DNA of 64,000 nucleotides from Eledone cirrhosa (Eukaryota). Location of the stretch: NCBI GenBank assembly GCA_964016885.1, contig OZ024743.1:162502001-162566000 (forward strand), written 5' to 3'. How positions within the stretch are numbered: the first letter of the stretch is position 1; the number at the start of each line of letters is the position of its first letter. A program made the position numbers and the translations under genes. Below are positions 10,395-22,463 of the stretch, in pieces. The notes under the pieces are model-generated. The model worked only from the letters and a program-made list of their open reading frames with translations. It made no database searches and was not told the DNA's origin.

Positions 10395-13300
10395 CTACAG
10401 GCGCATACAAAGAGCGGGCCCATTCACTCGGACCAGACTTGCCACTTTCACCCACCTTTCAACAAACTTACTAGAAGACAGCACTTGCCTCTCCATCCTG
10501 ATTTCCCTCTTCAAGTGAAACTTGAAAAAGTTAATCAGGGATTGGCCGGAGAAGAAAGTGTCCGTCTTCAACCCTTTCAACCTTGTCCACCACACAATCT
10601 CTTTCGCCATGGCCACTAGGCAAATGAAAACTGCCTGCCCTTCCTCCTCTTTAAAGGAGGATGGCGGGCCTATCTCCACAATGGACTCAGTCGATAACCA
10701 GACCAGTCCTACACGCGACAGCAGCTGTTCGACAGAGCTCCACAAGTCAGCAATCCTCCGGCACTGAACGAGTGCGTGCAGGACGGTTTCGTCGCCCTGC
10801 GCGCATCTCGGACAGGCTCGGCTGACAGCACCTACATACCTGTAGAGCTTATCCCGAACCGGCAACGCTCCCTGGCAGCACTGCCAGGCAAGGGATTTCT
10901 GGAAATTGTACATAGGCCCCGGTTTGAAAGTTCTCTTGAAGAGAGCGAACAGCTGATCATTTCGATGCCCAGGGTCTCCCCGAGACGCCGTCGCTCTTTC
11001 TCTCCACTAGCCCTCTATAGAACGCCGAGGTAGATGTTCCACCGATACTAGTGCCCAGCTGGTAAAGGGCGGTGAGCGCTTGGAGACATTCCAGCTTCCA
11101 AACGCTATCCCTCGGTCTTTTCCTGATCCAGGACTGCAGCTCCGTCAAGGAGACGAGCTGGGGAAAAGCGCGTTTGGCAAACGGCGACCACACCTGTTCA
11201 CCGTCAAGGAAGCACCAGAGATGTCGCAGCCTCAGCGCATGTTTGCGCATCATCAGCCACAGCATGCCTAGTCCTCCAAGCAACGGGTGTTGACAGCAAA
11301 TGGATCGTCTAACCATGGGAGCACGTCCCTTCCACAAAAAGCGGAAGAGAAGGCGCTCCATTTTGGTCAGAGTTTGGTGGGGGCAAGGTACAACGGTCAA
11401 GCGGTAGTAGATGACGGACACGATGTACGCATTCGCCATCTCCGCCCGACCTTTCAGAGACAGCCTCCTCTCGGCCCATTTCTGGGTGAGAGAGGCCACC
11501 CTGCTCGTCACCTCCCTCCAGTTTTTCTCCATCTGGAGGTCCGGTCCGAACCAGACCCCGAGCAATTTAACCGGTCCTTCCATCCAGCGCCCCACGACGT
11601 TGTCGGACGGCATAGACTTGCCTCTCCAGGTACCGAGTTGCAAGACTACCGACCTTTCCTGGTTTATTTTTGCTCCTGTCACCGCTTCGTATTCCTTGAG
11701 AGCGGTGCCGAACATCTGGACGTGTTTGGAGCTCGACGCCACCACGGTGACGTCCTCATAGTAAGCTGACACGGATCTCCCGCATCTCAGTTCGCGTGGG
11801 ACGCCTCTCATTGTCTCCAATTTGTGCAGTAAAGGCTTGAGGGCCAGTACGTACAAGAGGGACGAGAGGGGGAAACCCTGGCGGACCGAGCGCATGATGC
11901 TGAAAGGCTGCGACAGGTGACTATTCACCTTCACAATCGAGCAGATGTCGCTGTGCATCGCAGCGATCCAGCCTCTAAAAACTGGCCCGAAGCCGGCCGC
12001 CTCGAGGACCGCAGCCAGGTACCGATGGTCGACCCTATCAAATGCTTTAGATTGATCAGGGCCCCACCCACGCCAGGTTCCTTAACCGACCTCTCTATGA
12101 TGTATCGCATGAGATGGAGGTTATCGTCGATGGATCTGTCTGGAATGGCACATGTCTGCGCCTCTCCCACCAGATCACCGACGACAAGTGCCAATCTCTT
12201 TGCTAACACCCTGGCCAAAATATTAAACTCTGCGTTTAGCAGAGTTATGGGCCTGAAGTTGTCTATAACATCCCCCTTGTTCGGGTCTTTTCTCAGCAGC
12301 GTCACCGCTCCCCTGCTCACAAAACTGGGAATGCTTCCGTTCTACTGCCAGTTGCAGACGAACAAGTGTGGCATATACGCATAAAACTCGTTGGGCAGAC
12401 CATCCAAACCTGGCGATTTACCCCTCGTGCAGTCAGACATCGCGCCCCGTATTTCACCTGGTTATCGGCTTTTCGCAGCACTGCGCTGCGGTCGTCGAGA
12501 GCCGCGGCAGTCCGTCGAGATATGCACCGAAGTCCATACTCCGATCCGGCCCGCCGCCGCTCCCGAACAATTGAGCAAAGTGCTGTTGAAAAGCTGCACA
12601 CATCTGCTCGGGTTAGAGCAGCATGTGCCCGTTTTGATCAGGCAAAGACCGAATTGTAGACTTGTTGCCACGTAGCGCCTCCACCACCCGGGCCCATTGA
12701 ACGGCTTTCGTCCCCTCGTGTCTTAGAGCACGCGTTCTAGCTCTGACAACGCAGCCTTCATGCTTTACGTTGAAGAATTGGTCGAGTGCCAATCTCGCCG
12801 CAAGCATGTCGGTTGCGATGCCTGTCCTAAACGCCTCTTCTAGCTTTCTAACTCTCCATCTACTCTATTTTCCTCTATCATTACTCCTTTGTTAAACCTT
12901 ATCGATTCTACTCTAATAGCTCTTTTCAGGGTAAACCACCACCTGTTGTTGACGATCGCACCCGTCAACGCACGCTTAACTAATTCGATAATCCGGTCTC
13001 TGTAAGCTTTGCGCGCCGGGAACGACGCGTTCAGCTTCCAATAGTCGGACCCTTGCCTATGGAGTCTATCTAAGTCAACTTCACAGATCACAAATTTGTG
13101 ATCCGTGTAGTCGGCTACTTTAAATTGTGGACAACCTACACTAACCTTATCTTTTTTCCTACAGAATACCCTATCTAAATACGATCTGGATGACCCGATG
13201 CGGTTTGCCCATGTCCACATTGGCACATTCGGATAATCCAGTCTATACATGTCAGACAGTTCAAAACGTCTGAGTAGGTTGTTGAGGCTTTTACACCCTC

Positions 13301-13777
13301 CTGCCCTGTCTACTAACTCCACATAATCCCAGCGTGCATCTAAGATCCCGTTCCAGTCGCCCACTAACACTAAAGAGCGGGACGTTCCAAGAAAGGTCTC
13401 TAGACGTCTGAAGAAATCTGGCCGTCCTGCCCCTGTTGGGGCGTAGATGGCTACTAGCCTGAAAGCATTGCCTTCGCTGCTGGTCACGTCCAGCACCACC
13501 GACTTACCTTCTGGGTCCAGGAAGATGGCCCGTATGGCGAGATCCAAACCTCTCCGAAAAAGCACAGCAACTCCTCCCCCGATCAAGGACGGCTGGGAGA
13601 TGCCTACACATCGTAGCCGCCGAAGATCGGTGCGAATGCCCGTGCTTCGGAGATTCTGGTCTCGCTGATGGCCACCACATCTATGTTTAGTGACCTGAGG
13701 TCGTTGAGCAGGTGGCCCTGCTTCCATGACGACCCCAGGCCACGCGCATTTATGCTGCCTATTCTGAGTAAGGTCAT
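10395..13777 (-). pseudogene. Tx1 ORF2 (AP endonuclease + reverse transcriptase + Cys-rich domain), disrupted
   Basis: APE motifs MTLLRIGSINARGL...VAISETR, GGGVAVL, AIYAP, LVGDWN, SYLDRVF, YTDHK, YWKLN. RT with mutated catalytic motif YYEDV. C-terminal ACPRCAQGDETVLHALVQC. Confidence 0.92.
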
Positions 13778-14295
13778 GTTGAAAAGGTGTGGAAAAAGAT
13801 GGGAAAGACCACTTACCTCACATCTCGTAGAAGAAGGATGGTTTTTCCATCCTTTTCACTGCATGTGGCCCCCTCCGGAAGGATGTCTTTATAAATCCTC
13901 CTGGAGAGTGTTTGTCGGAAGACTCCGATGTCCTTGGGAAATTTTAATTTTAGTGTCGTGTACGTTTTCTGTGTGATGCGAGTGATTTGTATGTGTGAAG
14001 GTGGTGTGAATGTTTGGGGTGTTGTATAGTCTTTTTCTGTGATGCTGGTGTTGTGTTAGATGTAGTGTAATAATTGGTTGTTGTTCAAATTTAATGCTGT
14101 GTAGTGTGTATCGTTTTGGTTGCTTTGTTTTGTTTACGTTTGTTGTGGGTTTGTTTCTGTTTCGCTTGTTGGTGATTTTTGTGGTGTTGGTGATGGTGGT
14201 GTTGGGGTTAATGATGGTGATGGTGTTGGTGTTTGTGGTCATGGGGCTGGTGATGCTGGTGTGGGTGGTGACATAGCAGTCTTAACTTTGTTAGT

Positions 14296-15930
14296 TTATT
14301 TGTTTGTTTCGCCCTGCATTTTGTTTTTGAAGTGCAAAGGAAGAGGATTCTTTTCTTTTTTGTTTTTTGTTTTTTTTCCAAATACAGTTTCCCACTCCTC
14401 CTCGTCGTCACAATCTGTCTCCAGTTGCGAGAAGTCGGGGAGTGGAAAATCCTCCACAGGCGTTGGTTTTGGTTGTGGCGTGGTGTATGGTGGAGGCGCT
14501 GGTGCTAATTCTGGCGCGGTGGGTGGTGGTGGTGTTGGTTTTGCTACTGTTGCTGCTACAGTTGCTTTTGTTGTGGCTGCTACAGTTGTTGCTGCCATTT
14601 CTGCTGCTGGTGGTTTTTATGGTTGAGTCACTGGGGTGGGTAGGAAAGGTGGCCTCAACTTTTTAGCCTGAGGGCAGAAAGCCTTTCGGTGGATTCCTTC
14701 GCCACAAACGACACACCTAGGCCTTCTACTCTCAACGATTACGGTGAGGTGGCTGCTGTCATTGAGGTCTATCACCTCTGGAATTTCCTGTATGTTTTTT
14801 TGGTCCGCTTGGATCCGGACCAGTTCTCCTGCTTTACTTTTATCACCTCAATTACTTTAGTGTCGGCCTCGATGTCGGCGAGGACGGCAGCCATTAACCA
14901 GGGAATTTCAATGGCTGGTTGAACCTGGGTGACCCTGATCCTTACCACCCTCTGACCACAATAGTTTGGGACGAGTGTGAGCTCGTCACTTTTTAATGGG
15001 GATATGGAGTGCTCTCTGGCTTCCTTTGGGGTTTCAAAGAACACGTCCACGGTTCCATATTTTTGCCCACGTCTGATGTGGGTTTTTTTCGCCCACACAT
15101 GTCCCAAAGCTTTTTGTATCTGGGACTCAGATACCCGTTCCACTCGGCGCGTTTTAATATTTATCGTCCGATAAGGCACGGTGCATAGGCACCTATGCTT
15201 CATGGTATTAGATGGGGCTGTGAGGCTGACCCTGTAACCATATTTTTTTACCATTCGCTTGGCTTCATTCAATTCTTCCTGGCTTACTTCAACCATTTCA
15301 TCTTTGTTTGCCGCTTTAGCAAACGACACATTTGGTTTTGCGCTGGTGTCGACGTTGTTGTTATTCTCATTGTTGCTGTTGTTATTATTGTTATTTTTGT
15401 TATTATTATTTTTAGTTTCAGTACGGCCCTTGTGGCCAATAAATGAAATCATTATTTTTAGTTTCAGTTGTGGTGGTGGTGGTGTCAGTGGCGGTCGGCG
15501 TGGAAGAGTCGATTTTCGGAGAATCAATTTCGATATCACAAGAAAATAATTTATTTTTTGTTTCAGTTGTTGCTGTGGTGGTGGTTGTTCTTTTTGACAT
15601 TGTAGTGGCGGGGATGGCGGCTTTAACACCTGTAGACGTTGGTAATGGCGGGAAATCCAAGTTTGTATGTGACAAATCTAAATAATTGCCATTGCTATTA
15701 CTTATATTTTCAGTGTTGGCATTTTTTTCTGTTGTCTGTATTTTGGTTGTCGCTGTTATTGTTGTAGTTGCTGTGGAAATATTTTTTAAATTAGTGTTCC
15801 TTGTGTTGTTGTCTTTGTTCAGGTTGTTTGTGGTGGTGTTTGTTGTATCAATTTCTGTAACCCTCCTCTCAACTTTTACGCCGTTATCACATGACAGCAG
15901 ACATATTGCTGGGGGGCGTGGCTCAGCCAT
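14296..15930 (-). pseudogene. Tx1 ORF1 (gag-like), copy B, disrupted
   Basis: Starts MAEPRPP at 15930. ORFs 15418-15996, 14772-15629 and 14296-14598. Knuckle CVVCGEGIHRKAFC at ~14670-14715. Confidence 0.82.
15423..15450 (+). mobile_element. 28-bp 5'-truncated Tx1 3' terminus inserted antisense in ORF1, with 18-bp TSD
   Basis: ACGGCCCTTGTGGCCAATAAATGAAATC is flanked by ATTATTTTTAGTTTCAGT at 15405-15422 and 15451-15468. It shares 19 identical nt with the copy B 3' end and is absent from copy A. Confidence 0.85.
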
Positions 15931-16283
15931 GTTTTTTTTATTTTTAAAAAGTAAAATGTTCAAATATTGTTCAAATATTTGGGCCAAAAGGACCAAATAT
16001 TATACTTTCCACCACAGGGCAAAGACCAAGGGCTTATATCCCTTATACAACAAGAAAAATTAAACAACAAATAATTATAACAGGTAAATAAAGCGACTTA
16101 CAGGAAGCGAGCAAAAAGACGTCCGAACAGACCAATAATAATAATAATAATACAAGGATGATTTGTTATGCCTTCATCATGTTTACTGATTGGTGACGCA
16201 CGTTTCGCTATTTATCAGCTCAAGGATCGATCTGGCCCGACTCTGGAATCAAAAGCTGTCGGACATCTGCTGTTGTAATAACA

Positions 16284-16326
16284 GAATATATATATATGTG
16301 TGTGTGTATGTGTATGTATGTGTGTG

Positions 16327-16387
<61 letters not shown>
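16284..16387. repeat. Compound (TA)n/(TG)n microsatellite
   Basis: Read directly. Confidence 0.9.
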
Positions 16388-16390
<3 letters not shown>

Positions 16391-16761
16391 CGAAAAATGT
16401 TGCACGGGCCTAAATCTTCTAACAATCTTTTAATGTTCTCATCATTATTTACTTTTACTATTATTAATAACTTCTGTCATTTTCGTTTAATAATTTTATT
16501 TACATTATTCTCAAACTCCGGAACTGGAAATCATTCGATTATTCTAAATAGAATATTAGTCTAATGATTTCTTTTGTAGCATAAATGTGTTTTTGTCTTC
16601 GAAAGAAATTGTTTTTCTTGCTCCACAAATGTAATTAACCTCGCTTTTGCCCCGTCCGTTGCCAGGGAACGTCTTCAGGAACCAACGTTTGTCTTCCTGT
16701 TTTCCTTTGGTTATAACGTCTTTCGAAATATTTGCTTCTGCGTCCACAGATTGATGATTAT

Positions 16762-16806
<45 letters not shown>

Positions 16807-16807
<1 letters not shown>

Positions 16808-17990
16808 TAGCTGAGGTACCCGGTAATACCCGGGAGTGGGGGGTATTCCCAGTTCCCATTAAAATGCCCAATGCCTCTCAGACCAAAAATGAAATCAAAA
16901 TATAGGACAGATAACCAAAAGCGAAGACAAATTCATTTACGAAACAATAATACAAACAAATATTGTTGATTGCATTGGTCAGGCGAAAAAATGTTTGTCA
17001 GAGAAGATGAGTGTTGCTATAAGGAAAAGAATAGAACCCCCATTAGGTTGTCTTACTATTATTGAAATTTGCTGAAATTTTGTAAATAGGCATCATATCT
17101 TGTCATTTACTTATGGTTTAAATTTCATATAAATCGAACAGAAAAAATTTCAGCGGGGGTTTTGGGCCCCCGGGGAACCCTTTGATTAAAATGAAATATA
17201 CTTATCCAAGTACCCTGGGCAATGTAGTTTCAGAATATATATGGTTATAAGGGTCTATCTCCAAAACCATAGAAGGAGTTCGTGAAATCTTGTTCCATTT
17301 ATTGGCCAACATTTTCACTATAAGGGGCTGAACCCCCATTAGGGTGTCTTAATATTATTGAAATTTGCTGAAATTTTGTGAATAGGCATCATATCTTGTC
17401 ATGGATTAAAATGAAATATACGTAAGAAATCAAATGGACATGAGCCCCACACACGTGTCAAGTTTCATCAGGATCGGTTTGGTAGTTTTTGAGTTTTATG
17501 TATTATTTTCGGGTTATGTCTACTATAGGGGGAAAACGGGATGGTTTTATTGAATTGCTTTAGTCATTTGAAGGGCTTTACAAACAGTGATATACAGGGT
17601 GCTTGAACAGTACCTGAATATGTTCACTCGGTTATAATTTCTTCAATAATTGCGATGACTTCCTCAATTGTTCTGTGTTTGTTTTTGAGAGCTAAGGCAG
17701 TAAGTTTGCTATTCTTATACATAAGTTTGTTGAATAAGTTCCATACTCTTCAAGCTCAAACTTCCCTGGCTTATTCACTCTGAATGAAGAAAGCTGGATG
17801 GAAAAAGGACTTATGACTTAAACAGCTATTGATAGTTCCACACAAAAGATTGATCTGCCATAAACACACCTAGCAAAAGTTGCTTTTGAAAATCCAGTAT
17901 GGGCACCCAGGGTCGCTAGCATTTTCAGGCGCATTCTGGGAACTACGAATAACCTCACCTTTCCCGGGTATTACCGGGTAATGCAGCTAG
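16807..17990. mobile_element. 1,184-bp non-autonomous Helitron-like/MITE-like element with 29-bp inverted termini, inside (TA)n
   Basis: Left end CTAGCTGAGGTACCCGGTAATACCCGGGA versus right end (reverse complement) CTAGCTGCATTACCCGGTAATACCCGGGA. Each end is a GC hairpin plus CTAG. Internal ~70-bp direct repeat at ~17035-17105 and ~17331-17402. Motif AAGTTTCATCAGGATCGG resembles non-autonomous Helitron internal motifs. Confidence 0.75.
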
Positions 17991-18000
17991 TATATATATA

Positions 18001-19410
18001 AACAAATAGTAGAAAGGAAACACTATCCACGCACCCTACTATCGCCACTAACCCTCAACCCCACATCCACTCCAACCACCCCACAACTAATACCACTAAC
18101 ATCCCCCCGACCCCACGCACACGAACACACACCCAACCACCACTGACCCCCACTAACACACCCGAATTCAACCCTTTCCCCACCACCAGTATACTAACCC
18201 CCACTAACACACCCTTCACCACACACACACTCATCCAAACACGCACACACACCAGTACACTACACTCCCTCCACCGAACCCCACACCTTTTCTCTCCCTC
18301 TCCCCGCTCCACCTACACCCCTTCACACACACCCCACTAACACCTCTACTAATACACACCCCATCCCCCCGCATGACCCCCTCACCACTCCACCTTTCAC
18401 ACCTACCCATCCTCTCCCCTGTCCACCGCACCTCCGCACATACTGACACACTGACTTTCTCCACCTGCCATTCTCCTCTACTGCTGCTATGCCTTCTCCT
18501 GCCTTGACCCTCTGACCACTTCTCCGCACACACAGTCCTCTCCACCTGTCATTCTCTTCTACCCTCATCCTGCCTTGACCCTCTGGCCACTTCCTGTTGC
18601 GCGCGCACCCCACATCACCCCTCTTCCGACTACCACAACCAACGGATTACACACCATCGGCCATCGTTCCCACTATCCACTCCATAACATGGAAAATATC
18701 CGGCCACTCTTCACACCCTCTACGGAACTACCTTAGGAACTTACCCACGGACATACACTCACAATTCTTTTTCGAACCACGCCACCTACATCCACAAAAC
18801 GTATAAACACCAACACACACGTGCTTACCCCCACATATATACACACTCAGCCGCCGGAATCCTCTCTCCCCCCTCCCCCACCCCTCTGATACCTCCCCAT
18901 CCACACACACACACACACACCGATCTACACCCCACCCCACACAAACACCTTTTCCTGAACATGGAACCTCGTTCTTCCCCCAACTCTCACATTCACATAC
19001 ACACACACACACACACGCGTACACCTACACACATACACAAACACCACCTTCAGCCCTCCCCGCTCGCATACCCCGCCTCCCTCTCCCCACTCCACCCGCC
19101 ACCACCCCTACACGCCCCACACCCTTCCACCACTTGTTTATCTTCATGTTTATTTTTATTTTTATTTTTATTTTTATTTTTATTTTTATTTTTATTTGTA
19201 ACCCTTCCACCGTGTTTACTCCCTTCCCCACCCTTTTTCTAAATGTCTCTCCACCACTCCCCCACACACCCTCGGAACTCTCTTCCCACCCACTTTTCTC
19301 CTGAAGAAGGGCTTATGCCCGAAACGTCGTTCCCCCCACTCTCAAAAGCGTAAAACTAATAAACCTTTGTTTGTACTGCCTCTCTGTTTTGTTCCCGTTC
19401 CATTTTTCAC
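18001..19410 (+). mobile_element. CA-rich element between (TA)n tracts ending in a hammerhead motif and AATAAA; probable Penelope-like 3' fragment or retrozyme-like element
   Basis: TA tracts at 17991-18000 and 19411-19422. Hammerhead core at 19301-19328. AATAAA at ~19358. Internal (TTTTTA)n at ~19150-19195. Confidence 0.55.
19297..19332 (+). ncRNA. Minimal type I hammerhead ribozyme motif
   Basis: CTGAAGA-A-GGGC-TTAT-GCCC-GAAA-CG-TC. Core intact, 4-bp stem II, palindromic ACGT stem III, GUC triplet. Stem I pairing is weak. Confidence 0.7.
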
Positions 19411-19467
19411 TATATATATATATTATTCAAAATATTAATAAATGAAGACGTTCACATAATCAAAATA

Positions 19468-19540
19468 TATGTTTTATTATATATATTTCGGAGGTACTGT
19501 GCTGTTTTTTTCAGTACGTCCTCATCAGATAAAATATATG
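19468..19540 (-). ncRNA. Minimal type I hammerhead ribozyme at the 3' end of the Naiad-type Penelope element
   Basis: Minus strand reads TTTTAT-CTGATGA-GGACGTACTG-(12 nt)-CAGTACCTCC-GAAA-TATATA-TA-ATAAAA. This gives a 6-bp stem I, 9/10-bp stem II, palindromic (AT)4 stem III and AUA triplet. Confidence 0.85.
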
Positions 19541-20576
19541 AATAAGGAGGGGGTGAGTATGACAAAATGTAAGAAAAAATAAACACATACGTACATAAAT
19601 ATTTAACTATTTAAATGCGTAAATATCTGTGTTAGGGAAGAAAAGGAAGAGAGATAGAATAGAAGAAAGAAGAAGAGAGAGAAAAGAAGAGAAGATAGAA
19701 GAAGGAGAGAGAGATATAGGAGAGAGAAGAGGAAAGACGTAACTGCAAAAAGGAAAGAATGAAAGAAAGAAAGAAAGAAAGAAGAAAGGGACATGATGCG
19801 TGACCGTTGTTTTCAAATATTAAGTCAAATAGAAGCGACCAATTAAATACCGTGAAATTTTTAATATCTTTTGTATTTGGTTATGTTTGAGCTAAATATA
19901 CTAATACATTATATCAACATTAAACAATATAAAAATATTTTCTATAATAATCAGAAGCATAGTTCAATTAATAAATATATTCAATATTTTGTTACAAAAT
20001 TCAAAAATCAAAAACATTCTTACCTATCAAGCAAGTTTACAAACATATTAAATATGTATAAGGATATTTACCACAACTTATTCGCATATCACCATCAGTA
20101 TATGCATTTTATATAATGTTTAGAATTATTATCTGAATTATTCTTTTTACATTATAAACAGTTGTCATTTACTTATAGGATTAATAAGTAGTTATATTTA
20201 CTCTTGAAAGTATTATTATTTCGATTTTAATTCCGTAACTATATCATAATATCATAATATATGTAGTTTCTCTTTAAGGATTAATATTATAAATCATGTT
20301 AAATATACATTATTAATCCATTTGGATAGAACGAAAATTATTTACGAAGAATGTAAACAAAGGAAGGTAATCCATATGTGATCATTTTGCTTTGAAAGCC
20401 AGAAGATATTTCAAACCGCAAATTCAGAAAATTCTAGTTATACAATGACCATTCTAAAACCGAACTTAGGATAGTGAGTCACATCATGAGATTAATTTAC
20501 TATATAAAAAAAAAGATATACAATTTTTAAGGTAAGGCTAAATATTATATATATAATAATAATAATTCAAGAATTA

Positions 20577-22400
20577 TTAATAATAGTCAACATTTTTTTC
20601 CTTCTTAGTATTTTTTCTAAATTTGTATGATGCTTGAAATGTCTTTCCAGATTTATGGAGACAAGTTGCAAATAATTCATTCTTTTTATTAATTAAATTA
20701 CCATAATTGGTAATTATTAATAGAGTTTCTAAATTGCAAAGATTGCAGTATGGTGAAATGGAAGCGTTCCGATAGGAATCAGAATTTCTAAGTTTACACC
20801 AAGAAATTGAGTATTTAATATTTTTCTCTTTTAAAGACCATATTAATTGTGATAATGAAGTAGAAAATGTTTTATCTGGATTTGAGAAAGAATGTTTATG
20901 ATTGGAAAAGCGAAACTTAAAGTTCGAAGAAGTGGCACCTATGTAGTTATAAGTATTATTATTATTTGTCTTAATGGTACATTTATATACTAAATTCTTA
21001 TCAAGGCAATTATTTTGTAAAGGGCCTTCAGATTTCCTTCTACAGTTACACTTCAATTCCGTGTTAATTCTATAGCCTAAACTATTCGTATAATCATTGT
21101 TATTATTTCTAGGTGTTCTATTATTATTCGTATTTAAACTATTGTTATTGTTATTCACATTAACTACTGTATTATTATTATTATTATTATTATTATTGTT
21201 ATTATCGCTAATTATATGCTGGTTCAAATTAAGAATTTTGCTATTAATTTTTGCAATATTTCGAGCAATATTCATAGTTGTTGAATAAGAGAGTTTAACT
21301 GTGTGTCTATTGAAGATAGAGTAATACTTATGTGATCTAGGGAAACATTTATCCAAGGCTTTAAAAAATAAATGTGCTAAAGGTGTTTTAATAAATAAAG
21401 ATGCTGGTGGGGCATACCAAATTATAGATCTAGTCCTAATTTTTTTCCCCAATTTATTCTCCAAGTTGTTATTTTTACAGTCAGTTTTATTTTTATTATT
21501 ATTATTATGAATATTGTGTTTATAATTAATATTATTTTTTCTACATATTCAATATTATTTTTATATCCTGCTTTATGTAACGCTTCATTATAATATCCAG
21601 CTTTACTATTAAAAATGGATCTGTTAGCAGATAGTCTAGATATTCGTTATTGGACACTATTTAGTATTGCATTTTTAACACTTTTAGGGTGATTAGAGTA
21701 AAAGCTAACATAGTTTAGGTTTTCATTGAGTTTATGGAAGGGGTAATAAAGGCCTGAGTTTAAATTAAGGGTTACGTCTAAAAAGTTAACTATTTTATTG
21801 TTATTTTCTACTTCTAATTTCAGGTCGTAATTTTTAAAGAATTCTATAATTACTTTCTTTACTCTATTTAATTCGCTATTATTATGTCTAACTACAGTAA
21901 ATAATATGTCATCTCTATATAAACCACCGGTAATCTCCGGCAGTTTTCTATTTATCATATTAAGGATGAAAATTCCCACAAGATCGGTAATTTGCGCAGA
22001 ATCGGGCGAGCCCATGGTAATGTCGAAATTTTTCTGCCTATCCGAACGAGTCCAAAAATCATTATTAAAGTCAATCAAGGTTTGCCTTGCCGCTAAAATA
22101 ATATTAATCTCATCACTAGATAGATCAATGTGTTTATATGCATATGAAAGCGCCTTATTCAAAAGGTTAGGAGTTATTGAGGAGTAATAACTCGCTATGT
22201 CCATTTGAATGAATTTATGATTTTTCTTATTTTCGATATTATTGAACCAATCTATGACTTCACTAGTGGCCTTCCATAAGTTAAGCCTTGACCTCAATTT
22301 TAACTTTGGCAAAATCCTATCTATTATGTTTTTACTAATTATTCCACGGTCTGACTTCGAAGGTGCGATAAGTCTAACAGGTAAGTCCTCTTCGAAATTT
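20577..22400 (-). pseudogene. Penelope-like RT + GIY-YIG endonuclease (TAA at 21647-21649, then frameshift)
   Basis: RT motifs RLIAPSKSD, MDIASYYSSI, ITMGSPDSAQITDLVG, GLYRDD, NFLDVTL, YYPFHK, SNHP. Linker IIWYAPP, VKLSYS, KCNCRRKSEGPLQNNC. Endonuclease LVYKC...YIGAT...FKFRFSNHKHSF, CNLCNLE, CLH. Confidence 0.9.
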
Positions 22401-22463
22401 GACCATAAAGGAAATTTCGAAGAGGACTTACCTGTTACATTTATCGCACCTTCGAAGTCAGAC
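22349..22463. repeat. Inverted repeat, 52-bp arms (50/52 match), 11-nt loop
   Basis: Arms at 22349-22400 and 22412-22463. Confidence 0.93.

Larger units (their letters stand above)
10124..16133 (-). mobile_element. Tx1/L1-clade non-LTR retrotransposon, copy B, apparently full length (~6.0 kb), inserted in an (AAT)n tract
   Basis: Contains a 5' UTR, ORF1 with CCHC knuckle, a ~0.5-kb spacer and ORF2 (APE, RT, C-terminal CPRC...H..C). The 3' end reads GCCCTTGTGGCCAATAAATAAACC followed by (ATT)n. (AAT)n lies on both flanks (10090-10123 and 16134-16151). Confidence 0.93.
19423..22400 (-). mobile_element. Penelope-like element (Naiad/Chlamys-type, C-terminal GIY-YIG), 5'-truncated, with ~1.1-kb 3' UTR
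   Basis: RT and GIY-YIG ORF pieces plus a 3' hammerhead. The 3' end abuts (TA)n. Confidence 0.88.

Noticed and set aside
4441-14640. Exactly 10,000-bp offset between homologous Tx1 ORF1 segments
   Set aside because: The offset changes on either side because of indels and the copies differ by substitutions, so this is treated as coincidence.
16188-16232. Possible minus-strand hammerhead (GCT-N7-AGC-GAAACGTGCGTC)
   Set aside because: The 3' half looks right, but the CTGANGA box is absent (CCTTGA) and stem I does not pair. At best a dead remnant.
16556-16747. 63-aa minus-strand ORF between microsatellites
   Set aside because: Short, non-ATG start and no recognisable motif, so it cannot be assigned without a database search.
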